This document shows, piece after piece, positions 1-8,856 of a stretch of 13,892 nucleotides of DNA; positions within the stretch are counted from its first letter, which is position 1, and every line of letters starts with the position of its first letter. This DNA is from Octopus sinensis (taxonomy: Eukaryota). The translations under genes were made by a program, and so were the position numbers. Below the pieces are notes generated by a model. That model ran no database searches, was not told where the DNA came from, and saw only the letters and a program-made list of their open reading frames with translations. Location: the NCBI RefSeq assembly GCF_006345805.1, contig NW_021825929.1:1-13892 (forward strand), in the 5' to 3' direction.

Positions 1-89
1 TTACACTGCACACCGCAAAATGTGGGAGTGGTTAGGAATCTAAATCGAAGGGACAGACACTCACACAACTACAGTTTTATATATATAGA
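1..89 (-). mobile_element. 5' terminus of a small minus-strand Helitron family (continues left of window)
   Basis: Minus strand reads A|TCTATATATATAAAACTGTAGTTGTGTGAGTGTCTGTCCC from 89; near-identical to the 5' end at 3162 and related to the one at 2646. Confidence 0.7.
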
Positions 90-524
90 TATATTTCTCT
101 GTTATATTTTCTTTTTTAGTTTTGTTTTTGGCTTTTCACTGTTGATTTGCCTATTAGTGGTTTTTATCTCTAATTTAATTTATACAGATATATATCTCAT
201 TTGTATACATTTGTATATATAATGCGTGCACCACACCACACACATATATATATATACACTAATATATAATGTGTGCATTACGTAGTCGGTCGATTCAGCT
301 GAAAATATGCACACTATGTTTAAGGTGCTGACAAGTTTGCATGTCAACTATTTTGTTCCTCAAATGAAAGGCGTCACCTCGAGTACAAAATTCCTCATCT
401 TATAAAATGTGGCCCCAGTAGACCCGAATGAAATCGGGTTATATTAACCAAAATGTGAGAAGGGGTCTAAATGGGGCTGGAAGGGGATTAAAATTTCTAG
501 GAGTGGGTGTTTAGGAATTCTCTG

Positions 525-810
525 TTACATCAAGCTAAAAAATTTGCGCCAGCCTTTTAATCGTCAATGTGTTGCCGTCCATGATAAAGAAGTTTTGAAT
601 GCTTGCCATGGTGAGTCTACTGTCGTGAGAAAGAATCACTTCAAACTTGGTGTTTTACGAATTTTCTTTTACATCAAGTTCAAATTTTACGCCAGCCGTT
701 AAACTGTCACTACGTTGCTGTCCATCGTTAACAAATGCCAGCCATGGTGACTCTACTATCCTCAGATTCTATCCCTTCAAACTTTGGTTTCCAATATTTT
801 ATTATTTTTA
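525..810 (+). repeat. Degenerate two-copy 144-bp subrepeat inside the Helitron unit (also 3613-~3900)
   Basis: TTACATCAAG at 525 and 669 (3613 and 3757 in the other copy), each followed by related GCCAGCC, GTTGC, GCCATGGTGA-TCTACT and CTTCAAACTT motifs. Confidence 0.7.
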
Positions 811-1079
811 TTCAGCTCGCAAGTTCGTCTGTCCCTTTAAATGTTAGCGTTTTGCTATCTGCCTTGAAGCAGACCTTTCCATTGCCACTGCCTCATATTT
901 CTGATTGATCTTTCTAAATATTTTATTTCTCAACTTACTCAAGATCTTCTGTTGTTTATAAATGGGAGAGAGATAGATAAAGATAGAGAGTAAGAGAAAG
1001 CGAGGGAGAGTCCGAGAGAAAAGAAAAAGTAAGAGAGTGGGGAAAGTGAGAGAGAAAGGAGAGAGAAACAAATAGGAGA

Positions 1080-1384
1080 ATCATCATCATCATCATCATT
1101 TAACGTCCGTTTTCCGTGCTAGCACGGGTTGGGCAGTGTGACCGGGGTCTCGGAAGCCAGGAGGCTGCACCAGGCTCCAGTCTGATCTGGCATGTTTCTA
1201 CAGGTGGATGATCTTCCTAACGCCAACCACTCTGTGAGTGTAGTGAGTGCTTTTTTCGTGCCGCCGGCACTGGTGCCAGGGGGCTCGCAGTGGAAACAAT
1301 CGGTGGTGCTTTTTACGTGCCACCGGCACAGAACAAGTCAAGGCGGTGCTGCAATCGGCCACGTTCGGATGGTGCTTTACGTGC
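1080..1384 (-). mobile_element. 5'-truncated SINE-like retroposon with (GAT)n tail, nested in the Helitron unit
   Basis: Minus strand has three GCACG(T/A)AAA(AA)GCAC internal repeats, then GTGGTTGGCGTTAGGAAG and GGAAAACGGACGTTAAA, ending in a (GAT)6 tail (ATC x6 at 1080-1097). Matches my recollection of an abundant octopus SINE; no tRNA head present. Confidence 0.75.
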
Positions 1385-1856
1385 TGAAAGGAAGGAAGGA
1401 ACAGAAAGTAACACCCACACTCTTACCCGCGGTAGAGCGGGTCACTTCAGCTAGTCTCTATAATAAAAATGAATGCGTTTTTACCGCTTGGTCGCTTTCA
1501 ATGCCACTACATCCCGTCCGATTCGCTCCAAAATTTACAGGGACATGTAGAATGAGGTGACGATGCGCGTGGGCTACCTTAGAAATCCCTATCTAAAAGC
1601 TGTGGTTGCTAGGGGCCATCTTCCTACCCTCACCCTATTCCTCCTTTCCCTCTCTTACTCCTCTTCATAACTTTCAGAATGCCACTACGGTTATTTAAAT
1701 ATCTGTCACTATCGCTATTTCCTTTCTTTTTCACTGACTCTGTTTCCTACCTTCCTATCACTTCGCGGCGTTCTTTTAAGTATCTGTCTGTCACCAACAA
1801 CAAACACGAGATGATGAGAACAAATATTATGAATCAGATATTCTTGCGTTCATTTA

Positions 1857-2108
1857 TATGTGTGTGTGTGGTGTGTGGTGTGTTCTATATAAATATGTAT
1901 ATATAATGTATGTGTGTGTGTGGGTGTGTGTTCTATATATAAATAGTATATATATAATGTATGTGTGTGTGTGTATGTGTGTCTATATATAAATATGTAT
2001 ATATAATGTATGTGTGTGTGTGTGTTCTATATATAAATATGTATATATAATGTATGTGTGTGTGTGTGTGTGTTCTGTATATAAATATGTATATATAATG
2101 TATATATA
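1857..2108 (+). repeat. Compound minisatellite, 5 units of 44-50 bp: (TG)n-TCTATATATAAATATGTATATATAATGTA
   Basis: TCT(A/G)TAT anchors at 1884, 1932, 1982, 2026, 2074. Confidence 0.9.
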
Positions 2109-2249
2109 CAAAGTGCATATATCTGTATTTATGTATATTAAACTTTTTCATACTTTTTCATAGTTATATATATTTTTAAACAAATTATAAATATAATTTA
2201 ATATTTTTATTTTCAATTTAAATAATTTAAATTTTCATTTTATATTTTA

Positions 2250-2646
2250 CTAGCAGTATCGCCCGGCGTTGCCCGGGTTTGTAAGGGAAATAACTATATA
2301 AGCATTTTTAGTGAGTTATAGCAAAAAAATAGCAAAAAATGCATTAAAAATGGAATAAAAAATGATGGTAATTTTTTTTTTAATCGTTGACTCATCGTAG
2401 ACATTTTTAGAGAGTTACTTCCCTTATATAATAACGAAAAATGCATTAAAATGGAATAAAAATGATGGTAATTTTTTTTTTAAATGGTAGACTCATCGTA
2501 GACGCGCGCTAATACCCAGAAGGGCTCGATATGAATCACGACTATAAGATACCCGGTTTTGGTTACACTGCAACGCAAAATGTGGGAGTAGTTAGGAATC
2601 TAAATCGTAGGAGACAGACACACAACCTTACTTTTATATATAAAGA
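2250..2646 (-). mobile_element. Complete 397-bp non-autonomous Helitron nested in opposite orientation
   Basis: Minus 5' end TCTTTATATATAAAAG at 2646; 3' hairpin CCCGG/CCGGG (2262-2277), 8-nt spacer, CTAG (2253-2250). Sits between A(2249) and T(2647) with no TSD. Internal ~102-bp subrepeat (GCATTAAAA at 2341 and 2443). Confidence 0.85.
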
Positions 2647-2939
2647 TTTGTACAACTAAAACATTCGGTTGTGCAAATTGTTTGCACAGGAAACCTGCCC
2701 TGTGTGGCGGTTTTTGCCGTTTTTGTGGATCTGTTTCAGCTTTTTTAGCGATTTCTGTTTTGGCGACTTCAAGCCATGAAGTCGTTGTTCTAAAAGAACG
2801 CTGGTCTCCTTGACAACGCATTACGACGTTGATTTCCTTACACTCCCTTCACACACAGCTTCACGAGGGAGGGAAGAAGGGGGAGAAGCAACACAGGTGC
2901 AGGCGTGAGCGTGGACGCCAACTCCGCCGCCATCGACAC

Positions 2940-3162
2940 ACGAAAAAATATGCATTAAAATGGAATAAAAAATGATGTTAAATTATTTTAAATCGTAGAC
3001 TCATCGTAGACGCGCGCTAATACCCAGACGGGCTCGATATGAATCACGACTATAAGATACCCGAATTTGTTTAAACTGCACCGCAAAATTTGGGAGTAGT
3101 AGTTAGGAATCTAAATCGAAGGGGACAGACACTCACACCAACTACAGTTTTATATATATAGA
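2940..3162 (-). mobile_element. 5' half of a related minus-strand Helitron, lacking its own hairpin/CTAG
   Basis: Aligns to ~2434-2646; 5' A|TCTATATATATAAAAC at 3162. Similarity stops at ACGAAAAA (~2940). Confidence 0.75.
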
Positions 3163-4141
3163 TATATTTTCTATGTTATATTTTGTTTTTTTATGTTTTT
3201 GTTTTTGTTTTTCAATGTTTGATTTGCCTATAGTGGTTTTTATCTCTAATTTAATTTATACAGATATATATCTCATTTGTATACATTTGTATATATAATG
3301 CGTGCACACACACACACCACACACACACAATATATATATACACATATATATATATAATGTGTGCATTACGTAGTCGGTCGATTCACCTGAAAATATGCAC
3401 ACCTATGTTAAAGGTGCTGACAAGTTTGCATGACAACTATTTTTTCCTCAAATGAAAGGCGTCACCTCTAGGGCAAAATTCCTCATCTTATAAAATGTGG
3501 CCCCAGTAGACCCGAATGAAATCGGGTTATATTAACCAAAATGTGAAAAGGGGTCTAAATGGGGCTGGAAGGGGATTAAAATTTCAAGGAGCAGGTGTTT
3601 AGGAATTCTCTGTTACATCAAGCTAAAAAATTTGCGCCAGCCTTTTAATATTCAATGTGTTGCCGTCCATGATAAAGAAGTTTTGAATGCTTGCCATGGT
3701 GAGTCTACTGTCGTGAGAAAGAATCACTTCAAAAATTGGTGTTTACGAATTTTCTTTTACATCAAGTTCAAAATTTTACGCCAGCCGTTAAACTGTCACT
3801 ACGTTGCTGTCCGTCCGTTAACAAATGCCAGCCATGGTGACTCTACTATCCTCAGATTCTATCCCTTCAACTTTGGTTTCCAATATTTTATTATTTTTAT
3901 TCAGCTCGCAAGTTCGTCTGTCCCTTTTAAATGTTAGCGTTTTGCTGTCTGCCTTGAAGCAGACCTTTCCATTGCCACTGCCTCATATTTCTGATTGATC
4001 TTTCTAAATATTTTATTTCTCAACTTACTCAAGATCTTCTGTTGTTTATAAATGGGAGAGAGATAGATAAAGATAGAGAGTAAGAGAAAGCGAGGGAGAG
4101 TCCGAGAGAAAAGAAAAGTAAGAGAGCAACAAAGAGGGAGA

Positions 4142-4443
4142 ATCATCATCATCATCATCATCATCGTTTAACGTCCGTTTTCCGTGCTAGCACGGGTTGG
4201 GCAGTGTGACCGGGGTCTCGGAAGCCAGGAGACTGCACCAGGCTCCAGTCTGATCTGGCAGTGTTTCTACAGGTGGATGACCTTCCTAACGCCAACCACT
4301 CTGTGAGTGTAGTGGGTGCTTTTTTCGTGCCAGGGGGGCTCGCAGTGGAAACAATCGGTTGATGCTTTTTACGTGCCACCGGCACAGAACCAAGTCAAGG
4401 CGGTGCTGCAATCGGCCACGTTCGGATGGTGCTTTTTACGTGC
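4142..4443 (-). mobile_element. SINE-like retroposon with (GAT)8 tail, second copy at the same position in the Helitron unit
   Basis: Co-linear with 1080-1384 with a shared 5' truncation point (ACGTGC|TGAAAGG); ~15-bp deletion relative to copy 1; ATC x8 at 4142-4165. Confidence 0.75.
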
Positions 4444-4511
4444 TGAAAGGAAGCAACAGAAAGTAACAACCACACTCTTACCCACACGTAGAGCGGGTCA
4501 CCTTCAGCTAG

Positions 4512-4628
4512 TATATATATATATATATTGTATATATATATTATATATATATATATATATTATATATATATATATATATGTATGTATATATAGATATTAT
4601 ATATATATATATATATATATAATGTATG

Positions 4629-4662
<34 letters not shown>

Positions 4663-4798
4663 GTATATAAATATGTATGTATATAATATATTTATATATT
4701 AATATATATATATGTATATATATATATATGTAAATATATATATGTATATATATGTATATATATATATATGTAAATATATATGTATATATATGTATATG

Positions 4799-4858
<60 letters not shown>
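4512..4858. repeat. Long imperfect (TA)n microsatellite, ~350 bp
   Basis: Directly visible; begins at the T following the Helitron CTAG. Confidence 0.95.
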
Positions 4859-5603
4859 CAAACTAGCTATATGTTCTTTTGTGTGTGTGTGTGTGGACTG
4901 TGTGCATGTCTGTGTATCTCTATGTTGTGTGCCTGCATGCATTCTTTTGAGTTTGTGTGCATGCATATTATATACATATTTTTGGGCCGTTTTTTTTTTC
5001 TACTAGAAAATCTAACTGCCTTTTGGACACACTTTCCTATATACATCAGCAACGACTTTCTTACTGATAACACTTTCCCTGTATATTCCAAGTATGTAAT
5101 TATTTTTTCCCAAATAAATTGCACTTCATATTGGAAGCTCCAATGAAGCTTTTGGATGTTATCCAGGCACTCAATTAAGAGTCCACCGCATCTTATGGCA
5201 GAAACAGCTGTAAGCTAATGAAGTTCATAATGTAACCTTTATTTTCTTGTCTCATCTCTTTTTCTCATTACTGCTGTATACTCATTGGACACTTTGTTCT
5301 GAAACATACATATATTGAGTTCTACAACAAGTTATAAGTATCAAAATGCCTAAGCGAAATATTAAAAATATATATATATCATGTACTTATGTAGCTTTCT
5401 GCTTAAGGAATTGATGTTCATAATTTATTTTGACATATATGTTCTGATGTGTTTTTACTAAGTGACATCATCATCCAATTATTATTCAAATGTTAATTTC
5501 ATGGAGTAGGGTACACACTTTATAGGTTCCAGATAACACCATTCTTTCTCTTCTAATTCAAAACTTAAATCAGAAAAACTTGATAAAAATATGAGAAACT
5601 CAC

Positions 5604-5725
5604 CAATGAATAGCTTGTTCTAGTGACTTCTGATCTGTGTACTCTGACTGAACAAATTTATCCTTGTATATGCGGCCACATAAACATAACATATCAGATA
5701 CAGGTGGATTGCTTTGTTCAATTGC
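5604..5725 (-). CDS. MAP3K15: ASK-family MAP3K (ASK1/MAP3K5, MAP3K15-like), 4th exon in window: [40 protein letters not shown](W)
   Basis: Acceptor ttttttag|GCA, donor TG|gtgagt; 122 bp, phase 0 in, phase 2 out. [12 protein letters not shown] matches the ASK motif DMxCLxGRIYKD. Symbol is family-level; invertebrates typically have one ASK ortholog. Confidence 0.95.
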
Positions 5726-5864
5726 CTAAAAAATTATCAAGAAATGAATGTAACCTAGATTTAACAACAGTATATTTCAAATATAGCTTTGAATATATGC
5801 AGCAATCATCAAAACATTTGTTTGTGAGTGTGCACATGCATTTCTATATATGACACTTGCAATT

Positions 5865-6485
5865 ATGGTCAAGAAGCAGACTAATGATCATGAACAGGTT
5901 CTCATACCTTGACCATACTCCTTCATAAATCATGTACCTCACCAATGAAGTCAACAGTAGAACTGCCAAAGTCAGCATTTCCTTCAACAGACATTGCAAG
6001 ACATTTGGACACAAAAAGGCTTACAAACCAGACTGTAGGTCTACAGAGTTGGTGTGCCACTTTCTGTGTATGTCAGTGAAAATTGGCCTGTTTGCAGTAG
6101 ACACACCATAAATGGAATTCAATGGAACTCACCTAAACTATCTGCACAAAGTGCCGTACATTCATTGACAGTTTAAAGTTTTAAACACTGATATCCTCAA
6201 ATGTTCAGAGCTACTCAGGGCCCACATTCTCCTATAGAGATCCCAGCTCTTCCAGTTTTATTACATGACTATAAAGGACAATGAAAGCTTTCCAAAACAT
6301 CTTTTCTACAGTGAATTTTTAAGGGAGAAACCTTTATACAAAGGGCTGCACATATGCTAAAAGGACACTCTCGTGATCTCTCTAAAGTATTTCAACATCA
6401 ATCAAGAGTAACAGGAGGGCATTGCTTCTTAAGAGATCTTCTTGGCAGAAACTTAGAAAAACTGCCAAGGCATCTGAGCAAGCCA
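5865..6485 (+). mobile_element. Decayed RTE-clade LINE fragment (C-terminal part of RT ORF)
   Basis: Broken translation: NRFSYLDHTPS*IMYLTNEVNSRTAKVSISF, then VYRVGVPLSVYVSENWPV, then ESFPKHLFYSEF and KDTLVISLKYFNI. Resembles RTE motifs FTYLGS..DEVNARIAKAS, VYRAVVLPTLLYACETW and LPKxLFYGEL..YKDTLK. Many stops and frameshifts. Confidence 0.75.
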
Positions 6486-7278
6486 AAAGTAGATAAATCA
6501 TGGGAAATGTAAATGGAGGATTTATTTCCTACTTATGATTCAATCAATTGCTATAATAATTAAAAACTACTTTACTTCTACTTTTCTAATAACTAAGTTG
6601 CTTCTACTGAAATTAAGATCATCATTATCTATCAACTACAGCTTGTATTTACATCATGTACAAAGAGAGATGCACCACATATCACATTCTATTATCAGTG
6701 TCCTGGCTTCAGATGTTGCAAAGCCAGCCATCGGGGTTTTGATTGTGATTTTCAAAGGATGTCTTTAGTTCATCTTCTCATGGAGTGATTTTCAAATGAT
6801 GGTTTGGTTATTAGGTAACTCTCATATGAACTCTGGGTTTGCAGACAGTCTCTAACATGTTGCAGCCATCTTTAAGGTCTCTTAACTAGGAATGGTCATG
6901 TTATGCATCAAAAAAATATTGAAAGATATTCAGAGCATCCAGCAGGGCAAAAAGAAAGCAATATGGGACTGCTTATGGATCAAGTGAAAGTTTAACTCTC
7001 TAGTGAAGAATTGTTTCTATTGCTACAAAGATGCTTTACTTGACAGAACTTTGCAAGTAAGGCTATATAAGCATCCCAATATTTCTACCGTAGTCTGCCA
7101 TGAATGAAATTAGAATACAGCTTTATATAAATTTAGGAATTATATTTGATGAATGAAATACATAAAGTGAACAGACTATCAAACAAACAAGATTTCTAAT
7201 GGTAGTGAATACAGTTTAATATCATTAAAACCAAGTAAAAGAGTTGTAAGAAAAAAATAAACAGAAATATATACTAAC

Positions 7279-7327
7279 CTGTTGAATAACCTTCAAAGCT
7301 TTATCACTGTCGCCTTTTTTGTCACGT
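7279..7327 (-). CDS. MAP3K15: ASK-family MAP3K, 3rd exon in window (49 bp): (R)RDKKGDSDKALKVIQQ
   Basis: Acceptor tatatag|A, donor CAG|gttagt; phase 2 in, phase 0 out, exactly bridging the neighbouring exons. Matches ASK RRNxxGDRxKAL. Confidence 0.92.
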
Positions 7328-7559
7328 CTATATAATTCAGAAGAAAAGAAACAGGTATGTTTAGAAACACATAGACACCTAAGGAATTCTTTCAATTATA
7401 ACCTGATTGCATGAAAATTTTGCAGTGAAAATATTTAAATCATATATAAGTGTACAGGAAGCTATATGATTACGAAGTTTACTTCCCAACTACAGAGTTT
7501 CAGATTAGCTCCAATGGAGAGGGATCTTGAGTGATTTCTAGGATGGTTTTGACTGTGAG

Positions 7560-7719
7560 AGGAACTACTGGGTTCCACCAATTTTTTGGTGACCGACAAA
7601 AACAGCCTGACATTGCTAGTGCAAACCGAGCTAAACTGTGTGTCTTGACCCCTGCCAAACCACTGAGACTGACTCAATGAACTCCTGGGGTTCAATCAGA
7701 CCCATGTTAAAAACCACTG
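7560..7719. mobile_element. Probable one-ended hAT-type MITE remnant
   Basis: Ends CTCCTGGGGTTCAATCAGACCCATGTTAAAAACCACTG, resembling the ...GTTAAGAACCACTG termini of hAT/Charlie-like MITEs (from memory). No matching left TIR found; left boundary approximate. Confidence 0.4.
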
Positions 7720-8223
7720 CCCTAAAGCCTATAGATTTACAAAAGAATCTGCTTCAGTACAGTACAGGCTAGGGCCACTGTTTGAAGAAAATGGCTTGCT
7801 TACTGCAGACTTCCAAAGGATAAGTGAATGTGCAATATGTAAGTGTTTTAACAAATCTGTTGGAACATTTACAAATAGCTATGGCTGATGAGTTCTAGAA
7901 ACTACAGCTCTATAGCTGGCAATTATTGATTGCATCAAAATAGAGGATCCTTAGCCTCACAGCCTTTGTGCATTTTTCCAGATAAAATTCCTAAAATCAT
8001 ATTTGTAAATGTATATATACACAAAGTACCTTTATTAACTGTTAGAATTTCTTCATATTAAGATTTATCTTCTATTTTCTATGTATATCATTTCTATGTA
8101 TACCATTTTGGTTATTCTACTTCTAACAACCCTACATTTACAAAATCACAAAACCAACATTTCTTTCTTGTCAATAGCTCCACATTAAATTGAAAGAAAG
8201 TTTATTTGATTACTGAAATATAC

Positions 8224-8330
8224 CTGTTTAATGCAAAAGCATAAAGATGTTGAATATTGGGCATATTTGTGATGCGATTCTTTGGGACATGTGCAAGATC
8301 TTCCACTAACTTCACCATTGCGTGGTAGTC
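8224..8330 (-). CDS. MAP3K15: ASK-family MAP3K, 2nd exon in window: DYHAMVKLVEDLAHVPKNRITNMPNIQHLYAFALN(R)
   Basis: Acceptor ttctctttgctag|GAC, donor AG|gtatat; 107 bp, phase 0 in, phase 2 out. Matches ASK DYDxxVKLVE...YAFALNR. Confidence 0.95.
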
Positions 8331-8597
8331 CTAGCAAAGAGAATGAAATAAATACAATTTTCTGATAAAATAAATAATATTTCATAAAAAAGGGGCCTTG
8401 TCATACTAACTTTATCTCAGTAAAGTCATAGTTGAACATGATCCTTAATAATCAGAAATTTTATTTACCTAAATAATAACAAAACTGTAACATTGAGCTG
8501 GTCATACTATGTAAGTATTAATACTATGATAACATCAAGAGAACAATTGATACCACATCTGGAAATAAATTCATTTCCCTCCTTTTATTATTTGAGG

Positions 8598-8700
8598 ACC
8601 AGAAACACTGTCACAGCATCAGAAAAAATACTTTGTGCTATTTGTTCAAGTTCTGAGTTCAAATTCTGCCATGGTTGACTTCGCCTTTTATCCAATTGGA
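8598..8700 (+). mobile_element. Decayed 5' fragment of a tRNA-derived SINE
   Basis: GTTCTGAGTTCAAATTCTGCCATGGTTGACTTCGCCTTTTATCC contains a B-box-like GTTCAAATTC and resembles a cephalopod SINE head as I recall it; boundaries approximate. Confidence 0.45.
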
Positions 8701-8856
8701 ACTAACTCCTTCCCATTAAATTTCTGACTTTGTTCCTATGTTAGAAACACTTCTTTAATCAGTATGTCTAACACCATCTATATTTATTCCTGATTCAGTA
8801 GTCAAATCACTATCATTCAATGCCCAAAGGTGTGATTCTGCATTTTGTTTAATATC

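Larger units (their letters stand above)
1..1454 (+). mobile_element. Non-autonomous Helitron unit, penultimate copy of a tandem array (3' part; 5' part lies left of the window)
   Basis: Ends with GC hairpin ACCCGC-ggtaga-GCGGGT (1425-1442), 8-nt spacer, then CTAG (1451-1454): canonical Helitron 3' end. 1-1454 aligns co-linearly with ~3071-4511; about 23 differences in ~770 bp by eye (271-1037 vs 3359-4126, ~97%). No Rep/helicase ORF. Confidence 0.75.
1455..4511 (+). mobile_element. Complete ~3057-bp composite non-autonomous Helitron unit (terminal copy of the array)
   Basis: Starts TCTCTATAATAAAAATGAATG at 1455, directly after the previous CTAG. Ends with a degenerate hairpin (4480-4498), CTAG (4508-4511), then T. 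Unit length equals the CTAG-to-CTAG repeat period (4511-1454=3057). Similarity between the copies stops exactly at the CTAG. Confidence 0.7.

Noticed and set aside
1857-2108. CRISPR-like repeat-spacer array
   Set aside because: The spacers are just (TG)n of variable length, in eukaryotic intronic context with no cas genes.
1-4511. Ordinary segmental duplication or pure assembly artefact
   Set aside because: Similarity ends exactly at hairpin-CTAG and the period equals the TC-to-CTAG length, which is unlikely for a random breakpoint. An artefact is not fully excluded without reads.
4862-4866. ACTAG after the (TA)n tract as another minus-strand Helitron 3' end
   Set aside because: No GC hairpin 8-12 nt away.
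22-5146. ORF-track ORFs in this interval (e.g. 647, 844, 1192, 1933, 2600, 3632, 3934, 4316, 4541, 4867)
   Set aside because: Translations of microsatellites, GA-rich tracts, SINE or Helitron sequence; frames are not conserved between the two copies; no Rep or helicase motifs.
6700-6960. Possible very old minus-strand LINE remnant (CWML*IS..., RWLQHV)
   Set aside because: Only two short motif-like words across broken frames; too weak to call without a profile search.
8185-8385. 66-aa minus-strand ORF
   Set aside because: It is the wrong frame over the real ASK exon 8330-8224.
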